A stretch of 62,994 nt of DNA, counting the filler, from Reclinomonas americana ATCC 50394 (Eukaryota), in NCBI GenBank assembly GCA_048213135.1. It is 5 parts of 2 records of this genome, joined end to end, with 100 filler letters (N's around TTAATTAATTAA, not from the genome) between each part and the next. Parts side by side here need not be neighbours in the genome. Positions count along the whole stretch, not along the records: positions 47,098 to 57,411 come from PS015663.1; positions 57,512 to 62,994 come from PS015664.1; 3 more parts are not named here. One strand, 5' to 3'. This document shows positions 51,401-62,994 of this stretch, one piece after another. Under the pieces are notes generated by a model. That model ran no database searches, had not been told where the DNA came from, and worked only from the letters and a program-made list of their open reading frames with translations. The stretch's first letter is position 1. Every line of letters starts with the position of its first letter. A program made the translations under genes and the position numbers.

Positions 51401-52354
51401 GAGTGAGGTAAAGGAAGGAGAAAAGGGCGGGTGAGGTGGTGGAAAGCGAGAGAAACGGTGTCGGATGGAGGATGTGAAGTGTGGGGAGGGAGTGGGTAAA
51501 GGAAGAGAGAAAGAGAAGGGAAGAGATGACGGTGAGTGTAAGTGTGCGAGAGAAGAAAAAGGGTTGGTGAGGTGGTGGGATGGAAAAGATGGAGTGCGCG
51601 GAGGACAAGAGAGCCAGAAAGGGCCAATGGTCTGAGCGAGATGATAAGAGAGAGATTGACATTGAAGCAAGAGAGAAGGGTGAAGTGAAGATCTTTCTCC
51701 CTTGTCCAGAGGCGGAGGGCCAAGCGATGAGAAGTGTTGGAAGGGCCAATGCTTTGTTGGTGAAGAGTCAGTTAGTTGCACTCCTTCTAGCGTGATGTCC
51801 TCGTTTGTTGGTGACTGATCGCTACAGAAGAAAGTGATCGTTGTTGTTGTGGAGTAGAACGATCAGGAGCCAACTCATTCGTCGTCTCCAATCTTTCTAC
51901 TTTTATTTGCTTGTTCCCCGCCCTCCCTCCCTCGGCCCTTGTCCTTTCCATGCACTGCATCTCACTCTCTTTCCCCACACAGGCCACTTGTCACGGCATC
52001 TCAGCAGCCGCCGGAAAAGTCGGTGCCGCCATTGCCGGCGCAGGGTTGCGTTCCTTGTCCTGATCCCACCTCGTCCCGTTCCTTTCCTCACTTGCTCCGC
52101 GCACCAGTTTCTCCCATCTCACCGACTGGGGCGGTCTCGACACGACGCTCATCATTTGTGCGTGCGTGGGCGTGGCCGGCGCCCTATGGACCGTGTTCCT
52201 GGTGCCCAACTACACGCCGAACACGCTGGACGAGGTGCGAGACACGTACATGATGAGATACAATCAGTTGCTGGAGGAGAAGGTGGGCCTGCTGCAGAGC
52301 GACGCGCTGGCCGTGGACGTTGCGAAAACAAAATCTGCCAACGTGGGCATATGA
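48484..52354 (+). CDS. PHO84: MFS phosphate:H+ symporter (PHO84/PHT1 family)
   Basis: AGSGFLADAYDLF, GQLCFGLLADILGRR, WRFFLGFGVGGEYPLSA, AAVFSMQG, LGTAGAWFLLDVLFYG, FSNFGPNATTYIMPGEFFP and ATCHGISAAAGKVGA. Confidence 0.93.
49460..49760. repeat. Intronic direct duplication (~155-165 bp)
   Basis: TGTTGGGTGAATGGTAGGCTGGAATAGT.GCACA at ~49556 and ~49721; TTTGTAGAAAT at ~49513 and ~49664. Confidence 0.8.
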
Positions 52355-52449
52355 TGATGAATGCACTCGTCGTCAAGGCGGTTTTATGATTTCTTTTTGT
52401 TGGCCCCTCTCTGTACATGGTGGAGTGCGGGGGCGCGAAGGAGGCAAAG

Positions 52450-53765
52450 TTATCCTGCGCCAGAGATGAGAAGGTGGAAGGCAACAAAGAGTGCGTGCGG
52501 GATACGAACCGCGATAGACGCGGGTCACCACGTTGGTCTCGTCGACGCTGACGTTGACGCGATCGGGGCTTTTGAGGGGAAGGGAGTGAGGGGAGGGCTG
52601 TGATGGTGAAGAAGGAGGGGAGGGGAGAGAGACTCACCGGTAGTCCATGGTCACCTGCAGATTGCGGAGAGAGAGAGAAGGGAGGTGAATGCGCGTCATG
52701 CAGAGCAAAGGAATGGACGTAGTGCGATGAAAAGAAATAATAATGGCCATGCAATGAACGAGACAGAGTGTGATGAGAAGACTGAGACAATGTGCGGTAG
52801 GAAGGAGGCGAAGGAGCATGATATGAAGGAAGAGAAGAAGCGCGTAGGGAACAAGAGGAGCGAGGCGAGAAGAATGAGATGGAGCTTTTTAGGAAGGAAG
52901 AGAAAGAGCGCGGTGGACACAGAGAAGTAGCGCAGTGAGAATGAGACGGAGCGCGGTGGGAACAAGAGAGCAGCACGGCGNNNNNNNNNNNNNNNNNNNN
53001 NNNNNNNNNNNNNNNNNNNNNNNNNNNNNNNNNNNNNNNNNNNNNNNNNNNNNNNNNNNNNNNNNNNNNNNNNNNNNNNNNNNNNNNNNNNNNNNNNNNN
53101 NNNNNNNNNNNNNNNNNNNNNNNNNNNNNNNNNNNNNNNNNNNNNNNNNNNNNNNNNNNNNNNNNNNNNNNNNNNNNNNNNNNNNNNNNNNNNNNNNNNN
53201 NNNNNNNNNNNNNNNNNNNNNNNNNNNNNNNNNNNNNNNNNNNNNNNNNNNNNNNNNNNNNNNNNNNNNNNNNNNNNNNNNNNNNNNNNNNNNNNNNNNN
53301 NNNNNNNNNNNNNNNNNNNNNNNNNNNNNNNNNNNNNNNNNNNNNNNNNNNNNNNNNNNNNNNNNNNNNNNNNNNNNNNNNNNNNNNNNNNNNNNNNNNN
53401 NNNNNNNNNNNNNNNNNNNNNNNNNNNNNNNNNNNNNNNNNNNNNNNNNNNNNNNNNNNNNNNNNNNNNNNNNNNNNNNNNNNNNNNNNNNNNNNNNNNN
53501 NNNNNNNNNNNNNNNNNNNNNNNNNNNNNNNNNNNCACCTCGTTCTCCCTCTGCTTCATTCCTTCTCCTCCCCCCTTCCCTCCCCTCCCTTCCCTCACCC
53601 CCTTCCCCCTTCTCGCAGAACGACGACTTCTCCTCCTGGGTCGGCAAGAAGCTGATCGAGGGCAAGGACGCCGCCCAGTTGCACGCGCTGGCGGGCGAGA
53701 GCGCCGATGTGGTGCTGGAGACGGACCTGCCGCAGGTGCACCGCGTCATTCATCCCGGCCAGATG
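52450..53765 (-). CDS. Peptidase inhibitor I78 / potato inhibitor I-like protein, copy B (one exon lies on an apparently flipped contig)
   Basis: Minus-strand exons 52638-52654 (VTMDYR), 52510-52568 (PDRVNVSVDETNVVTRVYR) and 52450-52454 (G*). The matching upstream exon NDDFSSWVGKKLIEG…DLPQVHRVIHPGQM is at 53619-53765 on the plus strand. Confidence 0.75.
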
Positions 53766-54792
53766 GTGCGTGCTGTTTCTCGGTTTTGTTGCTCATCCTG
53801 CGTTCTCTGCTTTGCGTCACGGGATCGCACTCCATCCCTTCCTTCCTACCTTGCTCCATCTTTGTTCCGCTGCGCTACCACTCTTGTATTCTCCGCTCTC
53901 CGTCTCTCATTCCTTCCGTGCTCCGTCTCATTCTTCTCACCTCGCTCCTTCTCTTGTTCCCACCGCGCTCCGTATTCTTCTNNNNNNNNNNNNNNNNNNN
54001 NAGACGAGCATGAGGAGGAAGAGGAAGAGAACAGCAATGAGGAGACGGGAAGACAAAAAGACAAGAGGAGAGAAGAAGGAGTTGGGAGAGAGAATGGCAT
54101 CAACGAGAGAATCAGTGGCGAGAAGAGACGCAATAGAACGAGGAGAGCGAAGAGAAAGAGAGATTGAGTGAACAAAGAGAATAAAGGAGAGGGGAAGAAC
54201 AGAAAGACAGGAGAGGAGAAAGAAAGGAGAGAGCAGGAGAGGAGGAAGAGAAGCAATAACGGAGCAGGAGGGAAAGTGCGAGGGCCATGGAGACAAGGGA
54301 ACAACTGACGGAAGGAGAGTGGGCGAGGAGGAAGAACAAGGCAGCACTAAGACGAGGGAAACAGAGAATGGGAACGAGGGAAGGAAAGAAGCTCTGAGTC
54401 ACACAATCAAGATGCGAAACGTTCATCTCTCTCTTTCTGTGTGTAAATGCGTGAATGTGTGTGTGTGTGTGTGTGTGAAAGAGAGAAAGAGTACAAGTGG
54501 TCAACAAGTAGCTCTCTCTCTCTCTCTCTCTCTCTCTTCTTCTCTTTGTGCGCACAACTCACCGCAAACGCGCACGACGCACACGCGACAACAACAACAC
54601 ACAGCGCAATCAACACAGTAAACCTATATACACACACGCGTGTGTCAGACACCAGCAAGGGATCAAACAGGCACCAAAAGCACACAAGAACCGCACCGCA
54701 TCGCGATACAAATTACAATCGATGACAATCGCGTCCGCCCACGTACTTCATTGTTTCGCGACGTTCTCTCTGCTGTGCTCTGTGCAACTCGC

Positions 54793-56142
54793 TCATCCAT
54801 TGTACACTCGCGTCACTGTGCGTGCGTCGTCAATCACCACGTTCACGCGATTCGGTCTGTGTCACAGAGACTGAGTAAGAGGCAGACAGAAAAGTGGCAG
54901 CGAGAAGCTGCTTTGCACCTGTAGTCCATCGTCACCTGTGAGCACAGCGAGTGAGTCCACGCCTCAATATGCGGCGTTTCTCGTTGAAAAGCAGTCTCTC
55001 TTACTCTGTCTGCGTTCGAAACAATGGAGAAAAGGACGAGGAGGAAGAACGAGAAGGGTCTGAAACAAAGGTGAAGTGCAAGGGCAAGAAGGGGAAGAAG
55101 GAGGAGACCAGCTCTCTTGGCTGCATTCGAGAAACGGAGAGGAGGACGAGGAGGAACGAAGGGGCACTCCCCATTCTTTCTTTTATCTGCATCTGAAACA
55201 CAGGAGAAGTGGAAGGGAAACAGGAGAACAAAGATGAGTCAAGCTCTCTGGTCTGCATTGGAGAAACGGAGAGGAGGACGAGGAGGCATGAGAGGAAGGC
55301 AGGAGGAGTCTCTCTTTGCCTTTCTCTCCCAACTTCTGCTCTCATCTGCATATGAAGGGACTGAGAAGTGGAAGAGCAAACAAAAGAACAAGGACGAGTC
55401 AAGCTCTCTTGTCTGCATTCGAGAAACCGAAAGGAGGAAGAGGAAGAAGGTGCAGGAGGAGTGTCTCTTACTCCCCACTTGCTCTCAACTGCATCTGGCG
55501 GAAAGGAGAAGCGGAAGAGCAAGACGACGAAGGAGTCGAGCCTCTCATCCCTCTTATCTGCATTCACGAAAAGGAGACCAGGAGGGGAGGAAGAGTGGAG
55601 GAGTCAGAGTCGGTATCTCTTCCACTTACTCTCCTGTCAACACTCAAGTAAAGGAGGAGGAGAAGAAGAAGGAGGATGATGATGATGATGATGATGAGAG
55701 AAAGAATCAGGTGGAGTCTCTCGCTGGCTTTCTCTGTCTCTCACCTGATGAGAACTGCATGACTCTTCATGCTTTCTCTCTGCCCTTCTACTACTTCGCT
55801 CTCTTCTCCCCTGCTCATTCTCTCACAAGCTCAACGAGCACTGCTCGCATTCTCTCTCTCCCTTCTTCCCCCTCTCTCTTTCTCCTCTCCTCGCTCACCA
55901 TCGCTCCCGGCGGAATCACGCGATGCAGCAATGGCAGATCGACCTCAAACACCTCATTGGCCTCGGCAGCACGCGCACGACGATCAGCAGACACGTCGCC
56001 CTCGACGAGGTGCTTGCCCACCCACCCGGAAAAGTCCTAGGAGAGAGGAGAGAGAGAGAGGAGAATGAGAGAGTGAGGAGAGAGGAGAGAGGAGACTGAG
56101 ACTGAGGAGAAGAGCGGAGAGAAACGCGACTTGGTTGGCCAT
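54793..56142 (-). CDS. Peptidase inhibitor I78 / potato inhibitor I-like protein, copy A
   Basis: Exons 56131-56142, 55899-56036, 54919-54935 and 54793-54856 give MANQDFSGWVGKHLVEG…DLPLLHRVIPPGAMVTMDYRPNRVNVVIDDARTVTRVYNG*, matching the family signature RVIxPGxMVTMDYRxxRxN. Confidence 0.85.
54990..55570. repeat. Intronic degenerate tandem array (~130-160 bp units)
   Basis: AGCTCTCT.G.CTGCATT.GAGAAAC.GA.AGGAGGA at ~55110, 55242 and 55402. Confidence 0.75.
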
Positions 56143-57628
56143 GGCGCGTGAGAGCTGTCAAAATGATAAGGTGCGGGACAACCCGGCACGGCTTTGAAGG
56201 GCTCCTGGTGAAGTGCATGGGAAGAGTGCGTGGGAGCACTTCAACAACACAAACACCATTCTCGCTTTGGATCGTTGCTCTCTCGGAGCTTCTGTTGCGA
56301 TCCGCAAGGCTTGGACAGCACGTCGCAGCTGTTTTGACCGCCCATGCCAATCATGCCAAGCTGCAGGCTTGTTCTATCTTCCCTCGCTGACCACCTTCGT
56401 CTGCATGCCTCAGTCCGACACGCGGGAGTGCAGCTGCAGTCGACGACGGCGAAGAAGAAGACGATGATGACGAGGAGGGTTAGCGTGACCGCCGACTGCT
56501 GCGCAGTCTCTTGCGTTCGGGCGATGCGCTTGGCGCTGGTGCAGCGGTGACCTGTTATACGAAAGAACTACAGCCTCATACTGTGTCTCCAATAACCCGA
56601 CTGCCAGTCTCCACAGCTGAAAGAATCTGAGGCCTTCCTCGTCGCTCCCACTCCCACTCTAGAAGCACAACTACTGTGCACTGGACCCTCTACTGTTCTC
56701 TTGATCTCAGCATAAACTTTGCTTCCAAATCTCCCTCTCTCTCCCTCTCTCTCTCTCTCCTCGTTCTTAAATTGCCAATTCCCGTGTCTCTTCCACTCCA
56801 AATCCCAGCCAAGTTCCACTCGTTCCCAACATAATGCCTTCTTCCCCTTCTCCCTCTTACCGATCCTCTCAAATCAGCAGCACAAACCATCTTTCCTCTT
56901 CGACAACTTTCTCCCTGTGGACCAATCCTTCACCATCCCTTCCCTTCCACCTCTTCCCTGCAAGTGAGCATCTCAAATCCCCCTCAGCACAATCGTGCCC
57001 TTCTCCTTTTCCCTACCTCCCTCTCCGAAGTGAATATCTCTCTCACACTGTACCGTTCCTTCACCATCCCTTCTCTCTCTTCTCACCATTCACCCTCAAA
57101 CTTTTCTGCACAATCATCTCAGCACAATCGTGCCCTTCTTCTTTTACCCTCCCTCCCTCTCCGACAATTGTCACTCTCCCGCACACTGGACCTTCTCGCT
57201 CCCTGCCTTCCCCACAAAATCGTCAACACAAACCACCTTGCACGCACCTTCTCCTGAACACCTTCCCTTCACCGCCCTTTCCCTTCTTGCCCCTCAGCAC
57301 AATCCACTGTGCACCATCTCCCCTCCAACAAGTGAACACCTTTCCTTACCGCCCTTTCTCCTCAAATCCTCAGCACAATCCACCTTGCACTGGCCCTTCT
57401 CCTTCCCCCCCNNNNNNNNNNNNNNNNNNNNNNNNNNNNNNNNNNNNNNNNNNNNTTAATTAATTAANNNNNNNNNNNNNNNNNNNNNNNNNNNNNNNNN
57501 NNNNNNNNNNNACCTACGTAACAACCTTACCTTACCTCCCTTCCTTCCTCCTACTACCTCCTACCACACTACCACCTACTCACCTCGCCGTCCTCTCCCC
57601 CCTCCCCCCCCCCCCCCCCCCTTCCTCA

Positions 57629-58216
57629 CCCATATCGCTCATCAAACCCCCCTTCTTGACATGCCGGCGAATCCTCGCCAACACCGGCGTGTCCAACTCC
57701 TCCGTCGGCTCGCGCTTCCCCACCGCCAAGTAGAACAGATTCGGATCGCTCTCCTGCAACAGCCGCTCCAGCTGCAACAACTCCGCCTCCGGCAACTCGT
57801 GAATGTGCTCGCGCGCAAACGACCCATAGATCAAGTCCGTCTCCAACCAGCCGCGCTTTCGCGATTGGTAGACCAGGCGTCGCCGCTTCGCCTCCCACGA
57901 TTCGTTGGCCGGAGGTTCTGTAAGAGAGAGAAAAGATCAGAACTCCGCGGAGAGAGAGCGATGAGCCAGCGAGGCAGAAGGGCGTACGTTGGCGGTGAAT
58001 GACGATCTTTGAGTCAATGTCTTCGTTGAGCGAGGGCGCGACTCCGTAAATGTCGTCGAGTCCGCCGCCTCGCCAATTCGACGAGGATGATGAGGATGAT
58101 GATGACGAGCACATCATTGAGAGTGTGGGGAGCAGCGCAGGACGGCGAATGTGTGGCGTGCCTGCTGCTGCGGATTCGCGCAGCAGGCCAGATGCTGCGC
58201 GCACGAGACGCAACAT
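57629..58216 (-). CDS. SDHAF2: Succinate dehydrogenase assembly factor 2 (Sdh5) with a mitochondrial presequence; 3' end probably truncated at the linker
   Basis: KRRRLVYQSRKRGWLETDLIYGSFA…LERLLQESDPNLFY (RGxxE motif); Arg/Ala/Ser-rich N-terminus. Confidence 0.92.
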
Positions 58217-58339
58217 GAGTGGGTGTGAAATGTCCGGGACGGAGCTGAGGAGCTTGGGGAGTCTGCATCGTTTAAGTGATCATTATGATGTACACCGAGT
58301 AAAGTGAGTGGAGACAAGCATTCCGTGTCTTACGAGTGG

Positions 58340-59205
58340 AGAGATGGCGTCGGAGCGGCGACGTCGAGCGACGTCGGGCCCTTACGAGCGCGTACTCGTC
58401 GAGCCGGCGTGCATACAAGGTCGCGGTGCATGTGATGCACATGTTCTCGATGCGCTGCTGCATCCAGCTGCGACGGGAGACGTCACAGCATCGACGTCGA
58501 CACGGTCCCCGACGAACGAGCGTGCGCTCGGGGCCGGCAAGCAGCCAACACCATCGTAAGGAGTGTGTGGATGCGCCCTGTGCATAATCCAAGTGGCTGC
58601 TGTGCTTGTACGGCGACATAAACACGCGCAACCTCGACGTCGACTCTTTGCTAGACGAACGAGGCTGCTTATCGAGCCGTCAAGCAGCCTACATCATAGC
58701 AGGCGGCATGTGGATGGATTCTCTTCACAAGCCAAGCAGCTACAACGCTTGCACGGCGACACAGATGCATGAAACCTCTACATCGGCACGAGAGTCGACG
58801 AAGGAGCCTACGCTCGGGGCCGGGAAGCAGCTTGCATCATGGCAAGCAGTCTACGATAGCCTTCGCTGCGTTCGTCGAGCAGCTACAATGCTTGTACGGC
58901 GAAATAAGCAAATGCAACCTCGACGTCGACCCACCGAAGACGAACGAGGCTACACATCGAGCCGGCAAGCAGCCTACATCATAGCAGGTGGCACGTGGAT
59001 GCATCATCTTCAAAAACCAAGCAGCTGCTGTGCTTGTACGGCGATTGGGCAGGTGCAACTTCAACGTCGGAACACTCCTGACGAACAAGGCTGCATATCG
59101 ACCAGGCAAGCAGCCTATACCATGGTATGCAGTCAATGATAGCCCCTTCTACATACAACGAGTGGCTGCAGTGCTTGCACGGCGACATTATCGCAACTTC
59201 GACTG
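58340..59205. repeat. ~143-bp-period tandem repeat (about 6 units) between the divergent SDHAF2 and eIF3f genes
   Basis: GCCGGCAAGCAGCC-like core at 58403, 58533, 58676, 58819, 58961 and 59102. Confidence 0.85.
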
Positions 59206-59360
59206 TCAAAAAACCTTCTCACTGCTCTCCACTCACGCAGCGCTTCCCCACACACTCCCTCTATTCCACCACTGCACCCACAATTCGCACACCACAGCTG
59301 CTCCTCAACCACCTTGCACCGCACCTCGCAGGACAAAAATCTATCACACTCACACAACAA

Positions 59361-59872
59361 ATGGCTTCTGCGGGCGCAAGCGGTGCCTCATCAGCTGCAG
59401 CGCCCTCTGCTGCCGCCTCCTCTGCATCAGTGGTCGGCGGCTCTGCGCTGCTGTTCCCTGGCGACGGACAACATGACACTGTGCATGTGCATCCGCTCGT
59501 GCTCTTCTCCGTGGTGGATCACTGGAATCGGAGGAATGAGGGAGAGGTGGGTGGTCATGAAGGAGGAGAAGGGTGAAGGAGGCAAGGGGGAAAGAGTGTG
59601 AGAGGTGCACATGTCCTTTGTAAATGTCGCACACACGCGCACTCTCTTGTGCTCTCTCTTGCACATGTGCTGCTGATGTGCGTTAGCGAGTGTAGTGTGG
59701 AGAGAAGGAGTGAGAGAGTTGACTGGCGACTTGTTGTGTATGCTCATTGTGATGTGCTGATTTTGGACTTCCTCTCACACGAGAGAGACAGAGGGATGGA
59801 GAGAGAGAGAGAGAGAGAGAGACGTGTTCCGCACTCTGTACATGCTCTCTTGATTGCATCTCATGCTCATCC

Positions 59873-59929
<57 letters not shown>

Positions 59930-62455
59930 ATGTCCACCTCTCTCTTCGTTCAGACTCTGCACAGCATCGGTGGAAGGCCCAGCAGAGAATGTCATGACTG
60001 AGAACTTGTTCCGCAGTCTTGCTGCGTTCTTTCATCATGCTCACACTCTTCTCTATCTCACGCGCACACTGTCTGCATCTGCACTCGCCTATCCTCTCTT
60101 TCAGACCCTGGATTGCTTCTGTGAAGGCGCAGCAGAGAAGAGCGGTGATGTAGCGAGAGCACTCTTCTTGGCTTTTCTTTCTCCTCCGTTCTCTTCTCTC
60201 CTCATTCGCCTCTCCTTTCGTGTAGTCTCTGCACCGCTTCTGGGAAGGCTCAACACAGAGAAGAGCGATCACGAAGCGACTGCGCTTCTGCGCGTGCTCT
60301 CTTGTTGCATGTTCGTGCTCACACTTTTCTCACTGTCTTCCCGCGTTCTCTCTCGCTGTCTCTGCCACTATCTTCGTTCTGACCCTCGGGGATGGCAAGC
60401 TGAGGAGTGCTATCATGACTGAGATCTTATTCCGCAATCTTGCTGCTTTCTTAATGCTCACACTCTTTTCTCTTCTCTCTCTCACGCACACACTCCTCTC
60501 TCTCTCTCACGCACACACTCCTCTCTCTCTCACACGCACACACTGTCTGCATATTCACTCGCCTGTCCTGTCGTTCAGACTCTGCAAAGCTTGTGTGGAG
60601 GCTGAACAGAGAAGATGCGCACTTTTTCGTATGCTTTCTGGTCATGCATTCCTCATGCTCGCTCTCTTCTCTCTCTCACTGTCTTCTCTCGTTCTCTCTC
60701 TCTCTCTCTATTTCTATCCTGTCGTTTAGACCCTGCATAGCTTCTGTGAAGGCGCAGCAGAGAAAAGCGGTGATGCAGCGAGATCACTCTTCTTGGCTTT
60801 CTTGATTCGTCGCACGTTGCTCTCTCTCTCTCTTTCCCTCTCTCCCCTCCCTCTCTCCCCTCCCTCTCTCCCTTCCCTCTCTCCCCTCCCTCTCTCCCGT
60901 CTTGATCTCTCCCTCCCCATCATCCACTAACTTCTCGCCTGCCCTCCCCCTCACTCAGGACCGCGTGGTCGGCGCTCTGCTCGGCACGGTGCAAGACAGT
61001 CTGTTTGAGATCAAGAATGCATTCCCGCTGCAAGTCAACGTGGAGGTGCGGTGAAACACAGGCAGCACCATTATCTACACGCATGCACGCAATGCTGCAC
61101 ATAGAAGCATTGTCCGGCCGTGCAACATGTTCTTGTGCTCATGCGCCCTTTCCTTTCACACAGACGGGTGCCATCGACACGGAGCACTTTAGCAGCATGC
61201 TGCAATTGCAGCTGAAGGTCAACAAGGAGGAGGTGGTGATTGGCTGGTTGGTTTCTCGTTCCCTCGCTGCCTCTCTCGCTCTATCTCTTACCGTTGCGGT
61301 CAGGTACTCCACCGGCAAGAATGTGGGCGACGCAGCACGTTTCTTTGAGTTCTTCCAGCCGCGCTCGTTCCAGGGACGGCCAGTGCATCTGTTGCTTGAC
61401 ACTTCGTTGACAGCTGGTGAGTTGTTGGGCAGAGAGAGTGAGAGGAGAATGAGGGTGATGAGAACTACAAGCTGTTCATGCACGAGGACAATGTGCAGCG
61501 TGCAAAGAGAAAAAGAAAATGGCGAGGGAGATGAGAAACCCGCGAGTACTGCAAGCTGTTCATGCACGAGGACGATGTGCAACTTGTAAGAGAACAAGAG
61601 GAGGAGGATAGAGAGAGAGAGATAACAGAGGAGGAGAATGAGAGAGGTAAGAAAACAGGGAGAAGAGCTGAACGTGAAAGAGGGTGAGAGAAAGTGACGC
61701 AAGAGGAATGTACGAGGAAGAAAGAGAGATCAAAAAAGAAGAGACAGAAAGAGAAGGGAGGATGAATTGCGAGAAAGCCAGAGAGTGAGAAAACAAAGTG
61801 AATGAGAAAGAAAAAAGGAATGGAAGAGAAGACCAATCTTTCTCGCTTGCATCTTTCTTCAAAATAGAATGAGAACCGAAAGACAATGGAGAACGAAAAG
61901 AGAATGAGTTGCGAGAAGTTAAGAAATGATAACAGGCCAGAAATGGAAGCCATTGCCGCTCTTCTCTCACTCATCTCTGCTTCTCTTCCCCCGCACGCAG
62001 AGGGCTTCCGACCACAGTCATTCAGCATCCGACCAGTGGCCTTCGAGACGTACATTATCGGCTACCAAATGGTGCCGCTGCCGACCAGTGTCCTCAACTC
62101 AGGAATCGAGATGATTGGCTGTTGCGTGAATGGGATGAAAGATGTCTTTTCTATTCCACTTTGCTCTCGGGTTTCACCTATTCCCGTGAGAAAACTTGTG
62201 CCCGTCTCTTCTGATGATGCTCTCTCTTATTCGCTCTCTTTCTCTTGGGTTTCCATCTGCTGCACTTTTCCCTTGAACGAGCTCTAAGTCGTTTTGTTAT
62301 TGCTGCCAACTGAGTGTGATTCGTTTGATGAACTCGCTTTGCGTCTCTTGACTGGTATCTTCCCATCTTTCTCTATGTGCTGCACTCCTCCTGCACATTG
62401 AACCCTGATAACATTCGCGTTGTCGCCGACGCACACAGCTTCTCACCCTTTCTTT

Positions 62456-62491
<36 letters not shown>

Positions 62492-62757
62492 CTTGGGCGT
62501 ATTGGTGAAGAACTCTATTGCACTCACGCACCGTGCTTTCCTTCTCTTTGAACTCTATCTACCTCTCTCTCCTCCTCTGCGCTCACTTCCCCTTCCCATC
62601 CTTTGCAGTGGACGCTCTGCTCAAGAGCGAGGGCCACCTGTTGGAGCGCGACAGGGAGAATCCCGACCTCAAGCCCGACATCCAGTCGATGCTGCGGTCA
62701 ATCAACGATCTGCTGATCACACTGAGCGATGTGGAGTCGTACGTGGAGGAGGTCACG
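59361..62757 (+). CDS. EIF3F: Translation initiation factor eIF3 subunit F (MPN domain); 3' end beyond the window
   Basis: VHVHPLVLFSVVDHWNRRNEGE|DRVVGALLGT…VNKEEVVIGW|YSTG…PVHLLLDTSL…EMIG|LDALLK. RRNEG and HLxxDTSL favour eIF3f over Rpn8/CSN6. Confidence 0.88.
59940..60810. repeat. Intronic degenerate repeat array in eIF3f intron 1
   Basis: TTCAGAC[TC]CTG…GAAGGC.CAGCAGAGAA variants at ~59949, 60100, 60222, 60573 and 60725. Confidence 0.75.
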
Positions 62758-62994
62758 GTGAGTACGACCACATGTGTGTGTCTCTTGATGATTCTCTCCC
62801 TTGTCTCCATTCCCCCTCTTTCTTTCATTACTATCTACCTGTCTATCTATGCCCGCGTGCATGTTTGTGTACGCGCCTCTTGTATTCTGTCTGTTTCTCG
62901 CCTCTCTCTCTCTCTCACACACGTCTTGCATGTGTGTCTGTATGTCTCTCTGCCTGCTTGTCTCTGCATCCATATTCTCCTTGTTTCTGTCTGT

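Noticed and set aside
56160..56560. Possible small plus-strand gene with an acidic exon (VDDGEEEDDDDEE)
   Set aside because: I could not build a consistent start and splice path, and no homology was recognised.
58340..59205. Regularly spaced repeats as a CRISPR array
   Set aside because: Similarity extends along the whole unit with no unique spacers, the repeats are degenerate, the context is eukaryotic, and there are no cas genes.

Overview
Draft-assembly genomic DNA from an intron-rich, GC-rich-exon unicellular eukaryote; the taxon cannot be identified from sequence alone. The window is five pieces joined by artificial N44-TTAATTAATTAA-N44 linkers and has many N gaps. Genes reconstructed by hand-splicing: a CIP2A-like ARM/coiled-coil protein, a large N-terminally membrane-anchored HECT E3 ligase, a PTDSS-type phosphatidylserine synthase (3' part), an unknown multi-exon gene, an intronless WD40-like protein, a GT31/Fringe-like glycosyltransferase, two tandem copies of a TPR-coiled-coil-RLK/Pelle(IRAK)-like kinase-RING gene, a Cys-rich type I membrane protein bracketed by inverted repeats, a PHO84-like phosphate transporter, two I78-family protease inhibitors, SDHAF2 and eIF3f. 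The strongest signals are three. (1) In the duplicated TPR-CC-kinase-RING genes, the TPR helix-A residues have diverged sharply while the kinase and RING are conserved, which fits a diversifying single-chain immune sensor-kinase-ligase. (2) A recurrent atypical 5' splice-site class, GTTGCG, occurs at about 16 frame-consistent introns in 5 genes. (3) Ultra-short microexons appear: two consecutive 4-nt exons in both kinase copies and a probable 2-nt exon in PTDSS. All gene models and identity counts were done by eye and need RNA-seq and HMM confirmation.
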